From positions 558,001 to 622,000 of the forward strand of contig OZ025668.1 in assembly GCA_964019335.1 (NCBI GenBank): a stretch of 64,000 nt of DNA. Reading direction: 5' to 3'. Both the position numbers and the translations under genes were made by a program. Below, in pieces: positions 25,613 to 36,598 of the stretch; positions within the stretch are counted from its first letter, which is position 1; every line of letters starts with the position of its first letter. The stretch is from Diplonema japonicum. Its lineage: Eukaryota > Protista > Euglenozoa: Diplonemea. The notes beneath the pieces are model-generated. The model saw only the letters and a program-made list of their open reading frames with translations. It did no database searches and was not told the DNA's origin.

Positions 25613-25780
25613 TTTTTTTCTCCCCCCCCACCTCCCTCCTCTCCCCCTTTTTTTTTTTGAAACTTATTATTTTGTGAATGGAAAAAAAAAGGGGGCGGGC
25701 TGGTTTATAGTGACTACGTTGCTGCCTAAAGCACTTCCCGACTTTTAGAAAAAGATTTTTTTTTTTTTTGACCGGTGTAA

Positions 25781-26413
25781 TTATTTTTTCAATCTCATAA
25801 GGAACTTTGGAAGAATCGCACTCGAGGCAAATTCGTACGCTGGCTGCTTCGGTCCCCAGACGCTCTTTGCTAGGCTGGGGAATTCCATCCACTTCGTTTG
25901 GGTGAATTCTTGCGGTTCACCGTTGAGCCCTGTCAGTACAGGGGTGAGGGAGTGGGGTGAGAAGAAGGAGACGAAAGACAGGTGCTGCCCTGCATAGCCT
26001 GCATCCTTAAGCCAACCAGAAGTAACGTTGTAGCAACCAGCCTCGCAAGGGGGTGATACAGTGCCAAGGCACTCCACTTGGTTTTCATCTTTTCCTGTTT
26101 TGATCCCCATTTCTTCATAGAGCTCTCTTGCAGCAGCTTCTTCAAGAGTCTCAGCAGCATCTACTCCGCCCTGAGGCAACTGCCAACTCCCTTCCACCTT
26201 CACCCTTTCCCCTACTAGTACCAAACCATCTTGGTTGAACACTACTGCTGCCACGCATTTCCTGTACTTTTTCCCTGTATATTCAATCGGCTCTGCGTCC
26301 TTCATCTTTCTCCTCCCCTGTAGTGGCATTACCTCACCAACGTCCGAGAGTATTGCTGTGCCAAGCAGAATCACCCCAAAACTCAACCCTATCAAGAGGC
26401 CCGAGCACCGCAT
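25781..26413 (-). CDS. Nudix hydrolase, RppH/Ap4A-hydrolase type, with N-terminal hydrophobic segment
   Basis: [48 protein letters not shown]. Confidence 0.9.
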   Translation of the reverse strand: MRCSGLLIGLSFGVILLGTAILSDVGEVMPLQGRRKMKDAEPIEYTGKKYRKCVAAVVFNQDGLVLVGERVKVEGSWQLPQGGVDAAETLEEAAARELYEEMGIKTGKDENQVECLGTVSPPCEAGCYNVTSGWLKDAGYAGQHLSFVSFFSPHSLTPVLTGLNGEPQEFTQTKWMEFPSLAKSVWGPKQPAYEFASSAILPKFLMRLKK

Positions 26414-26615
26414 TGTGCTCTTGAAAATTTTTCAGAGAAAAAAAAATTTTTTTTCTTTTTTTTTTTTTTGATTCTTCGAATTAAAAAAAAAAAGAAAAAA
26501 AAATCAAAAGAAAAAGAAAAAGAGAAAAAATTGCTCGCGTTCAAATAATTTTCTTCAAAAAAAAAAAAAAGAAAAAAAAAGTGGGAAATGAGCGCAGGGG
26601 GATAATAAGTGGGAA

Positions 26616-26649
<34 letters not shown>

Positions 26650-26664
26650 AACCCCCTCCAAAAA

Positions 26665-27438
26665 TCAATCTGTTTTCTTGGTGTAAGCCACACCCCGCAC
26701 ACCGGTTAATGTAGGGGTCCCGGTAAAAAAGACCTGCACAATGAACAGCAAGGCTGAGAGAGCATTCAAAGCAAGATTCGCCAGTTTGATAGAGGTGAGG
26801 ATAGTCTGCGCAGGGTCGGGTAACGTCCACGGGGTAGTATAAGAGAAGCAAGAGAGTGTGGTGCAGATCCACAAGGGAATAGACGGGTAAAGCCAACCGC
26901 AACACATTATTACAGATTCCACAGGTGTGCTAAGGTGATTGTAAACCACGCGCCGCAAGGAGTCGGTTAGATAAGGGGAAACAAGAAGCGCGATTTTAAC
27001 GATAAGCAAGAACGAGGTAACTGCTAACGGAGCCACTATCTCTCCTGGAATGTCCCAGCCTGTGATGCACCGTGCAATAGGGACCCCCAGTGCCCTTACA
27101 AATATTGTCAACACATACAGTACACTGGGCGCAAAGACGCTGCAGTACATAACCAGCACACACGGCAGCATAGGGCGTGACACCTTCTGGTTCAGATATT
27201 GCCACCCCATTACGTTTCCTTCTATTCTGACGTCGAGCTTTGCCTTGCAGATTTCACACTCATAATTGTTGCACTTTCTCAAGCCTTCTCTGTCGTTTCT
27301 CTTCAACCACTCTGTGAGGCACTGCTGGTGCACCCATTGACAGCTTCCTCTACACGCACACGGCGATATCAACTCAGCCTCCGCTGTCCGACAGATCCTG
27401 CACTCCGCCCTGTCCTGGTCGTCGTCGCTGGTGTCCAT
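26665..27438 (-). CDS. RING-CH (MARCH-type) membrane E3 ligase
   Basis: CRIC..LISPCACRGSCQWVHQQCLTEW..CEIC followed by several TM helices. Confidence 0.9.
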   Translation of the reverse strand: MDTSDDDQDRAECRICRTAEAELISPCACRGSCQWVHQQCLTEWLKRNDREGLRKCNNYECEICKAKLDVRIEGNVMGWQYLNQKVSRPMLPCVLVMYCSVFAPSVLYVLTIFVRALGVPIARCITGWDIPGEIVAPLAVTSFLLIVKIALLVSPYLTDSLRRVVYNHLSTPVESVIMCCGWLYPSIPLWICTTLSCFSYTTPWTLPDPAQTILTSIKLANLALNALSALLFIVQVFFTGTPTLTGVRGVAYTKKTD

Positions 27439-27499
27439 CCACACCCTCCTTTAATTTTTTTTTTTTTTTTTTTTTTTTGAAGTTTGAGTTCAAATCAGC

Positions 27500-27543
<44 letters not shown>

Positions 27544-27544
<1 letters not shown>

Positions 27545-28713
27545 CACCACTGCGGAGCATTGTTGTTGGCAGTGGTGTCGATCTTGGAGGACTCCGGGTA
27601 GGAATGCGACACTTTGAGTTCCCGTAGCGGGCGGTCGTGGTGGTGAAGGGTGCTGAGATATTCCAACTTGGTTCTGATCGCCGGGCTCCACTGGTAATAC
27701 CCTTCAGATTGCAGCACTGTCACCAACTGTCTAAGTCCGGAAGGGCTCCTCACGCTTACGTACATCGCAATCAACGATTCTACAATGATCTCCCAGTCGC
27801 CAGTGTGACGTATCTCCGTTTCGAGAAAGAAAGCGAAAAGACGTTCAGCGTGTAAGATGTTCGCTTCGTCTGCCACAGCATGCCCGGCGTAGACCCTTAA
27901 ACACGCGCTGAAGAAAACTGCGTCCAATGATATCCTTTTCTTTTTGTGGTGCAGCAGCATTTCTTGTATCAGATTGTGGGCTTTTCCGGGCTCGTTGCAT
28001 TTTCCGTAGATTTGTATCATCATGGTGGATGAGGTGGCTTTCAAGGGGAGCGTTTTGTAAATTTCCTCGCCGGTTGCAGCATCGCAGCTTCTCAAGCAAA
28101 CGGGGAGCAACCGCTGTCTGAGCCTTGGTGTCAAAGATTTATCGAAGAGCGTGCTGTACTCCACCACCTTGTGCATTGACGGCGCTGTCTCTATAATACT
28201 GCAAAACAAAACGTCACATGGATCCTTGCCATCGTTGTGGATAGACTGTACTATTTTATCAGTAATGTGTGGCTGGTTGGCTTTAGCAAACACAGTCAGG
28301 AGGGCGGTGAACACGTCGATGTTGGGCAGGATATTATTTCGCTGCATTTTCCTAAGGACATTGAAGACACCCCTCATCGTGTTTGGATTTCTACCATATA
28401 TTTTTATAAATTCTGCGCACTGGTTTGCTGTGAACCGTTCCCCTCTTCTCTCCATGTACGCCTCGAGCTCCATTGCTATCTTCGATTTCTTTCTTATGGC
28501 CTTCAGTACTACTTCGTAGACTTTGCCTCTCACCTCGCATTCCATCTCTTCGCTGCCGATTCTTTTGAGCTCCATGAGGATGGTCCTCTCACTTCTAATT
28601 TTGCCTCGCAGGAACTCGAAATACTCCGCCGTGTCCTTCTCTTTCCACCCCAACGGAGCCTTGCACTGATTGCTTGGTTTTCCCATCGGGAAATATCTTA
28701 CCGTTCTTATCAT
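27544..28713 (-). CDS. Pentatricopeptide-repeat (PPR)-like protein
   Basis: ILPNIDVFTALLTVFAK, TMMIQIYGKCNEPGKAHNLIQEM, LDAVFFSACLRVYA. Confidence 0.75.
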
Positions 28714-28905
28714 CGCATGTGTCTGGTTTGCCTGTGGTACTTTTTTTTTATGTTTTCTTTTTTTTTTTTTTCTTCCAACTGAAACAGAAGAGGGTAACTG
28801 GGGGGGGGGTTTTTTTTTGGAAAAAAAAAATTCACTTTAGTAGAGCATCAGACATCAAGGCAGGCAATGTCAACGGCATATTTCTCAATGCGTACTTGCC
28901 GCTAG

Positions 28906-31900
28906 TCAGGTTGAGAATGTGTTTCGATGCTCCTTTTTTTTTTTTTTTTTTGTGGTAGTCTTCATACCAGTCATCTCCAGATAGAAATCAGGAGGCAGAG
29001 AAATCTTCTTCATGGCGGCCTTCCTCTCCATCTGCCCTTTCTTCAGTTCGGTTTTGAGGTGGTGCAGCGCTCTCCTGCACTCCGTGCGTCTCTTCAACTT
29101 CCCTTCTGTGTAGCTGTTGTGCATCTTCGTGTGCCAAATCGCAGTCAGATCGACCTCTTGCTCGTAGATTTTAAGCAGCTTACTTGCCAGTCTTTTGTGC
29201 GCCTTAGCTGTTTGCCTTGCGTCGGACTGCATATCAGTGTGTTCAGCATAGCCCAAGGGTGGCTCCAGCTTGGCTACGACACCATTTCCAGTTGGGGGGT
29301 CGGAAAGGCGCAGCAGCCCTGGGCACACGACACCTTCGCCAAAAGAAAACAACATCCACTTGAAGACATCACGAAACCCCTCCTGAGTCAGGTTCCTGTT
29401 TAGTGTGACTCTTGGCGTCACAGAGTAGATCTTAAGGGGGTACAGTAAATGGCGTGTGTTCACGTTGCAGCCTGTGACATGCTGTGCCCACTTCTGCATG
29501 GATCTGATGGTGATGACACGGCCCTTCCCGTGCTCTGCGAATGCCTTGTTGCAAAAATCTTCTCCCTTAGACGTCAATGCGACGGTCTGCCTGTCCACCA
29601 ACGGCGTCGACGGGAGGGCCGACACCATCTCCCTGACAAGGTCCTCAGCAGGAAGTCGTGAGTCTTTGGTCTTGTACACAGTGAACTGTCTTTTCAAAAT
29701 TTTGATCTCGTACCCTGCACGCTGCATCGCACGCACTGTGACATCAGGGTTGTTCGTCACAAAGGAAGCCATGCCGTCCATCCATGCCACCCCTGATGGG
29801 AAATACTCCAGCAAAGCATGCTCGGGAACCGGGGTCCCTGTCACACCAGCAATTGCTTGCTGGACGGCGAGGGTGTTCTGAGGTGTGAAACACTTCGCGA
29901 CAGCATCCAGCACGCCCTCCCTCAGCACCCCGTCCTTCTCGACTAACATGTGCAACGACTGCGGTGTCTGCCCTAGCCATACCCCGCCTTTCCTCTTTCC
30001 AAACCTTAGAAACCTTTGGTCGTACCCATACCCCGAAAATAAACCCCTCAGATATTTAGATATCCCGTGATCCGCTCCGCCCGCCTTCACGTTGAGTATC
30101 TTGAACTCTGGCATGTCTTTCCGTTCCACCTCCTGTACCCCGTCACCTCCAATGTACAGTACGCTCTCATCAGGGCGCCCTTTGAACTTCTCGGTCAGGA
30201 TCTTCCTGCTGGCATGGTCTGTAAGGGCGATGCTCTGCAGTCCTAACCTCGCCAGCATCTCAGCATGTCTCAGGACCCCCTCCTCGAAGCACCGAGGGAC
30301 AATGTCGTTCTTGTTCACGTAGCGCGACACCTTCCCCACCTGCAACCGGGAGGCCTCCACTATGGGGCTGCCGAAGGTGATAAGGTTCACCTGGTTGGGG
30401 AACTGCTCGGCAGCGACTCTTTGTAGGATTTCTGCAACACCACCATCGACACCATGGCCTGTGAAGTATATCTTTGCGATGTCGGGGGAAGGCAACGTCT
30501 GGAGATGCTCTTGTAAGGCAGTGATAATACTTTGGGTGATGTGCTCTGCCAGCGACATGATCGTTGGGTGCGTTTCAGTCTCCGTGGTAATGAGGTCAGC
30601 AGCCTCGTACAGCACGTAGTCAGGAGGCTGGCTGTGCCTGGTGACCACCCACACGATGGGCACCGTGTCGGGACTGGTCGCGACATACGTCACCAGCATC
30701 CACGACGGGGGAAAGGGGTCCGGTGGTGTGTCGTAGTCCGGCGTGGAATGTCCCACCACGTGCAGGGCTGTGCCGCACACTGCACTTATCTTCGCCACGT
30801 GCTCGCGCAGCTCGCACAGCCTTGCTCTGTTCCCCTCTTCTTGCAATGCTTTCAGCCCAGGTACACTCTGCCCACCACCAAACCCTTCCCCTATTCTCCC
30901 AACACCATCCCAGTAGGGTTGCACATCTGGCAGGCACTCAGCCACCATGCACAAGCACACTGCTGTGCAGTGCACGACATCTTCTTTCGCAACAAACTGG
31001 TCGTTCTCCTCTGTTACCCTCCCTACGATTCTCCTTGTGTCTTCAAGACTGACTCTCTGGAAAATCCTCTGTTCCTTCTTGTGCTGCGGTGGTGCAGGAG
31101 GAAGGGCCCTCCCACGCGGCTTGTGCTTGCCTGGGACAGTGCGATGGAAGGCTGAGGTTGTGTAAGGTGTTGTCTCGAGGGGCGGCATGGGACGGCGTCG
31201 GGGCTTAGGCTTTGTCCTGAGGGGGACGAGCTGGTCGGAGGGAAGCAAAGCGGAGGCAGCTTTCAACCAGTCAGAAGAGACTATCTTCGGGATGATGTTG
31301 AGACCATCCAGGTAGCCCTCGAAGAAGGCCTTTGCACCTCGCTTTGAGGCATCGTGCGGAGGGAGCGTAGTGGCAGACCCCAGGTAGAGGCTGTTGCCTG
31401 CTGGGGTGAGATTCGGGCCGACAGTAGCGACTGTCTGCTGAAGCACGGCTTCACCTTTTGCGCTGTCGTACATGACCTTGAGGAGGGACCACTCCCCTTC
31501 GGGAACTTCGGGGCCTTCGAGCACTTCGCCGTTGAAGACAAGCCGCGCCCTCCTCGCACGGAGACTGAGGATCAGCTGTCCTTCAGCATCGACGTCACCG
31601 CAGCCGAGGATGCCCATCTCCTCGAGTGGCTTGGTGCTGAGGCGCTCGTAGCAGGGCTTCACCCAGATTATTATGGTGAAGCTTTCAGAGAGTTTAAGCT
31701 GCTTCACAGTACCTATGAAGTTCTCAGAGCTGCCGTTGAACCGCCAGCACACCACCCTTCGCACCACGACGTTGTCCAAATGCGGCACAATGAGCACATC
31801 CTCCGCAAGAGCTTTGAGGGGCGTGTCGATGACGTGCCTCGCTGCGAGGGACTTGTCGCGCTGCTTCTTCCCCGAAGACTCCTTCGTCGCACGTAGTACT

Positions 31901-32736
31901 TCGCGTGAGTACTCGATCTGCGCATGCGCTATGATGAAGCACCACACGCCGTCCACCGTCTTCACGTCTTCCTGCGGCATCCCCGACTCAAGAAGAGCCT
32001 TGACGACAGGTGCCTTCATCCCTGTCCACGCTTCGAGGCTCACGCCGTACCGGTAGTGCCGCGAGGCAAGCTTGCGTACTGCCTCCGCAGTGCTCTGGTG
32101 GTCCAGTGTTGTCATTAGCTTCCTTAGTGTGCAGCTGAACTTTCTTGCAACGGTAAGCCCTCTGCCAGCAGCGACGGTGGGTTCGAACTCCTTCATATCC
32201 GCCATCCCAGCGTGGAAGGTTTCGATGAATTTTTCAAACGAGGTTTTAGACCACAGGCAGCGGGCAGCGTCGGCCTGGTGGGTTTTGAGGAAGGGTGGGT
32301 GAAAGGCATGAGTAGACTTGCGAGGCGAGTGGGCGAGCGTGGCAGGGACGGGACGTATGGAGGTGTAGTTGGCGAGCGTGGGAGGTGCTATGTAGCCAAT
32401 TACACGCACAGAGGGTTTGTACTCCGCCCCGTAGCGTGCTTGCTCTCTGAGCAGCCGCCGCGTCTCGTCGTCGCATGTCACCACATTGTCGTTCCTGACA
32501 GCACACTTCCATCGGGTGACAGGCATGAGGCCCTCTCGCGGTCCTTTTGAAATGTATCCTACAGTCTTCCCACCGTCTAGCAAAGGTACTCTTCCCCGAC
32601 CCTTGGACACCCACACTTTACCTACTTCCCTCACCTCTATGTACCCAGCACCGCCTTTCTCCGCTACCAGATGCTGGCGCTTGCCTGGGTGCCACCATAG
32701 CTTTATTGCGGCAACGGTTGTGCTGGAGTCGTCCAT
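28906..32736 (-). CDS. Large fusion protein: globin domain + LamG/concanavalin-like domain + lipase class 3-like domain lacking the catalytic Ser
   Basis: VRKLASRHYRYGV..W (globin F/G helices), SFTIIIWVKP..GEWSLLKVMYD..LYLG..FEGYLDGLNI (LamG), IYFTGHGVDGGVA..LITFGSP..RYVNKNDIVPR (lipase_3); the extreme C-terminus crosses a homopolymer and is uncertain. Confidence 0.85.
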   Translation of the reverse strand: MDDSSTTVAAIKLWWHPGKRQHLVAEKGGAGYIEVREVGKVWVSKGRGRVPLLDGGKTVGYISKGPREGLMPVTRWKCAVRNDNVVTCDDETRRLLREQARYGAEYKPSVRVIGYIAPPTLANYTSIRPVPATLAHSPRKSTHAFHPPFLKTHQADAARCLWSKTSFEKFIETFHAGMADMKEFEPTVAAGRGLTVARKFSCTLRKLMTTLDHQSTAEAVRKLASRHYRYGVSLEAWTGMKAPVVKALLESGMPQEDVKTVDGVWCFIIAHAQIEYSREVLRATKESSGKKQRDKSLAARHVIDTPLKALAEDVLIVPHLDNVVVRRVVCWRFNGSSENFIGTVKQLKLSESFTIIIWVKPCYERLSTKPLEEMGILGCGDVDAEGQLILSLRARRARLVFNGEVLEGPEVPEGEWSLLKVMYDSAKGEAVLQQTVATVGPNLTPAGNSLYLGSATTLPPHDASKRGAKAFFEGYLDGLNIIPKIVSSDWLKAASALLPSDQLVPLRTKPKPRRRPMPPLETTPYTTSAFHRTVPGKHKPRGRALPPAPPQHKKEQRIFQRVSLEDTRRIVGRVTEENDQFVAKEDVVHCTAVCLCMVAECLPDVQPYWDGVGRIGEGFGGGQSVPGLKALQEEGNRARLCELREHVAKISAVCGTALHVVGHSTPDYDTPPDPFPPSWMLVTYVATSPDTVPIVWVVTRHSQPPDYVLYEAADLITTETETHPTIMSLAEHITQSIITALQEHLQTLPSPDIAKIYFTGHGVDGGVAEILQRVAAEQFPNQVNLITFGSPIVEASRLQVGKVSRYVNKNDIVPRCFEEGVLRHAEMLARLGLQSIALTDHASRKILTEKFKGRPDESVLYIGGDGVQEVERKDMPEFKILNVKAGGADHGISKYLRGLFSGYGYDQRFLRFGKRKGGVWLGQTPQSLHMLVEKDGVLREGVLDAVAKCFTPQNTLAVQQAIAGVTGTPVPEHALLEYFPSGVAWMDGMASFVTNNPDVTVRAMQRAGYEIKILKRQFTVYKTKDSRLPAEDLVREMVSALPSTPLVDRQTVALTSKGEDFCNKAFAEHGKGRVITIRSMQKWAQHVTGCNVNTRHLLYPLKIYSVTPRVTLNRNLTQEGFRDVFKWMLFSFGEGVVCPGLLRLSDPPTGNGVVAKLEPPLGYAEHTDMQSDARQTAKAHKRLASKLLKIYEQEVDLTAIWHTKMHNSYTEGKLKRRTECRRALHHLKTELKKGQMERKAAMKKISLPPDFYLEMTGMKTTTKKKKKKEHRNTFST

Positions 32737-33047
32737 TTCATTTGGTTTTTTTCTCTCTCTTTTTTACAGTTCTATTTTTTTGTCGTTGTTATTGGTTGTG
32801 ATGTGTTACGGCCGCGACAATAAAAAAATAATAAAAACACGGAAAAAGATAAGAAAGAAAGAAAGAGGGGGACGGGGGGGACGAAGACAGAGTACGGAGA
32901 ATAATAAAGAAAGAAGGGGGAGAAAAAAAAAAGAGGGGGAAATATCAACCGCTTCTTCCCGAGGGAAAAAAAAAAACCTCCCTCACTCCAGCTGACCACA
33001 TCTCAGCTCACAGAACAGGCAATTTGCAGTATTGTGAGCGTGTGTTG

Positions 33048-33085
<38 letters not shown>

Positions 33086-34484
33086 CTCACGCAAACTAAG
33101 AGTCAGGATAAAAGAAAAGACACAGCGAATGCATGGTGTAGAGGGTACGGGGGCAATAAAAAGGGAAAAGGGGGTGATGGGAAGGGTATTTATTTCTATC
33201 TTCCCATCTTTTTCTTCTACTTTTTTTTTTTTTTTTTTTTTTCAAAGGTTTCTTCTGAGAACCCCAGAGTAATCGCTTGGAATCCTTCCTCCTGGAAAAT
33301 AAAAATAAAAAGAAGAGAACAAAATAAAATAATAATAATAAAAAAAATATAAAAAAAAAAAAAGAGAAACTCGTTAAGTGCCTGTTCTCCCTTACTTGCG
33401 TCAACCTGAAATACACTACAATTACCTCCATTATCTTTTGAGTATTTATGACCGTCCTGGCACTTCATGTACCAGAAGAGTAGAAAGTTTTTTTTTTACT
33501 CCTTATTTGTTTTGTGGTTCCGTGCCTTACTTTGAAATGCATGGTACGAAAATTATTAATTATAGTTGTATATATTACCCCCCCCCCTCTTTTTTTAGTT
33601 GGTTGACGGTTTCTGTTGCCTTTACTTGGCGCAGAATATAGGTAAGAGAGGAATATAAGGGATTTTTTTTTAAAAAAAAAAAAGAAGAAGGCCCATAACG
33701 AGAAGTAACAATAACGAAAAGAGGGAAATTAAAAAAAAAAAGGGAAAACAAACTATAATTGTTCCACGGGAACGGGATTGTTCTACTGCTTGTTCGTGGG
33801 GGCATCTTATGACCAGATGGGGGGGGGGGGGGTAAATTCATATGGTGGGGGAAAAAAATGTAAAGTTGTTCTTTCTCTCTCCTCTCCCCCCTCCCTTTTT
33901 TATTTTTAATTCAGGAGCAAAAAGAAAAAAAAAAGATCAAAAACCTGACGCGCTGGTGCGATCAACAAAAGACATCAAAGTCAAGAGATTTTTTTTGAGG
34001 AACCTCACCTCCCCCCATCCCCTTTTCTTTCTTTTTACCCCAGTGAGTGTGTGGGTAAGGACTAAGAAAATAGAAGAGAAAAAAAAAAAGGGGAGGGGGG
34101 AGAGTGTCTCCTGAGGTCTTATTTATTTCGAAATAAGGTAAATTTATTTTCGCATGCTGGCTAGCACACCTGGGGGGGGGGGGGGGGGGGGAAGAAGGGG
34201 GGATCATTTTAGCCTTAGGATTGTTGACAGCTTATTTTGTTGACCCCTCCCCTTCCCTCACGGTTCGCTTCTCTTCTCCTTTGATAGTGTTGCGCCCATG
34301 CAAAAAAATGGACATAAGAAGCACGTTCTTAGTCCTTCATTTCCCCCTTTTCTTTTTGATTTGATATATAGCAAATTGTAGTATTAAAGCAAGAAACGAG
34401 AATGGGAACAAAGCCTCACGCGAGCAGGGGGGGGGGGGGGGATTTTATACGTAATTTTCTTTTTTTTTATAAAAAAAAAAAAAA

Positions 34485-34660
34485 ACTCGATAAAATTTCA
34501 GTGCGCAGGGGGTGCTCACTGTTCATAAAGAAATTCACACTCACCGTTCTGGGTGGCCGTCGGCCGTAATGAGGTGGATGGCATCTGGGCGAAACACATC
34601 ACAGGAGCCGGCCATGGCGGTTGGCTTGCTAGTCATATGATGCTTGCAAAAAATATTTAG
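34485..34660 (+). repeat. Degenerate repeat related to 63394-63560
   Basis: Shared 'aaactcgataaaatttcagtg.gca.gggggtgctcactgttca..agaaattcacact..caccgttctg..atgag.tgga.ggcatctgggcga'. Confidence 0.75.
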
Positions 34661-34863
34661 TAGCTACAACGGGGAAGGGGGGGAAGTAGGGAACACCCAT
34701 CGGTCTCCCCCCCTGTCCACGCCCAGTGTCTAGCACCTACACATATTTCCTTGGTTATAAAAGAAAGAAAGAAAGAAAAATACCACTTCCGGACCTCTAA
34801 CCTGACCTAGTATTTTCTTCAAAGGGAAGCAAAAAGAAAAAGAAAATTGTATTTTGTGTGTGT

Positions 34864-34903
<40 letters not shown>

Positions 34904-36598
34904 AATTTAACCCCAAAAACATGCTGTATGCAAATCATGTCTTCGGTGAGGAGGGGGCTGTGCAAGCTGATGAGGGCTCAGGTTTCACTGATTCCCCCTC
35001 CCCGTCTTTTTTTTTTTTTTTTTTTTTGAAATCCAGGGGGATGGGTGGGTAACGAGACGCGGTTGAGTAGTACAATCAGGCAAAGCCATTTTTTATTTTT
35101 TTATTTTTATTTTTTTAAGCTGAGGGTATGGAGCTGAGCTGGCTAGAGGAAAGTTATGTCTTCTTTTCTTTGCGGGTGAAACAGTGAACAAAGACCAGCA
35201 AGGAAGAGGAAAAAGGAGGGGGGGGGGGGGGGGAAGGCAAGGGGAGCAGTACCTCTCAGATGTGGGAACTTCGAAAGAAGAATCAATCTCCCTTTGGAAA
35301 AAAAAAGAAGAAAAAAAAAAGCCAATAGGAATTTTTCGCAGGGGGTCCTCCAAAAAAAAAAAGAAAATTCCCAAAGGTTAGGTTAGAAGTCCAAAAAGCG
35401 GGGGGAAGAGGAGCCTTCTGAAGACCACCTGCTCATCTCTCATTTTGTTCCCTCTTCTCTAGCATGCAGTTTACGTTCGGTTTTCGTTAAGCCCCAAGAA
35501 AGAAAGAGGAAGAGACAAAAGAGTTCGCGGTGCATAGTTTGGTGCTTGTAGCTGCCTAGACCCTTTTTTGCAAAAAAAAAGGAAAAAGTTATTTTGGCAT
35601 ATTGGTGGTGTGCTTAAGTTAAGAAAAAAAGGGGGGCAGGGGGTATCTACAAATTGCCCATCGGACTGTAAAAAGGCAGGGACAAAAAGGTTCATTTTCC
35701 CCCGTCTCAACACACAAAAAGATAGGAAAGGCGCAGAAACCCCCGTTGGTTTTCTTCTCGCTTTTCTTTTTATTCCTCTCTTTTTTTTCTCTTTTTTTTT
35801 TCATGGCTCACAGCAGTAATCAAGAGTAGGACAAACAGTTCAAGGTATGATACGTAACGGCCGTCGAGGTTGTGTGGCCTGACTTGTCGACTTGTTGAGG
35901 GGGAAGAAAAATAGAAAAAGAAAAAAGAGAGATAAAAAAAAAAGAAAGGAGAAAAACAAAAAAATAGACCCGTTCCCTTCCCGGTGTACTTCCGTGTGGT
36001 ATCCGGGAATTTTGAAGAGAAAAAAAAAGGGGGGGAGAAAAAAAAGTCGGTTTATTGTTGTTTGTGCACAACCGGGGGTTAACCTGTAGAAGGATAAACC
36101 CAACAATGCTACCACAACTCTTTTTTTCCTTTTTTTTTTCTTAGCAATAACCAATTCATTATCAATATTGTTTTTTTTTTCTTTTTCTTTTTCTTGTTCA
36201 AGCAAAAAAAAAAAAAAAAATCTCTTCACTCTTTTTTTTTTTTTTTTTTATTTCCCCTCTCTTCTTTTTAGTGCGCACTAGTAGCGATTTTATAGAGGCA
36301 CGCCCCGTTGCATTCTGGTTCCGGTCGAGGGTTTGCCTGTCAGACACAAGAGACATCGGCCACAGTCTCTCCAAAAAAGGAGCTGTGAAGATAGACGAGA
36401 ACAAATGGTCTCTTGTCGTAGCCATAAAAAAGTGCTTTACAAACATTCCAGAGCAAAGGAGAAAGGTGGGAGGGGGGGGGGGGGGGGGGGGGGTGTTGTA
36501 GCTTGCCGAGAAGAATTTGGTTCCTTCTCCTTTTTTTTTTTTTTTTTTTTTTTTCTTTCTTTTAAATTATGTTTTGTTGTGATTCCTTTTTTTTTTTT

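Noticed and set aside
34485-34660. Spliced-leader RNA or snRNA gene
   Set aside because: No match to euglenozoan SL exon or U-snRNA motifs that I could recognise
32740-36590. Lys/Phe-rich ORFs in homopolymer spacers (also 1-2400 and 11000-13200)
   Set aside because: Artefacts of poly(A/T/G/C) runs, whose lengths may also be unreliable
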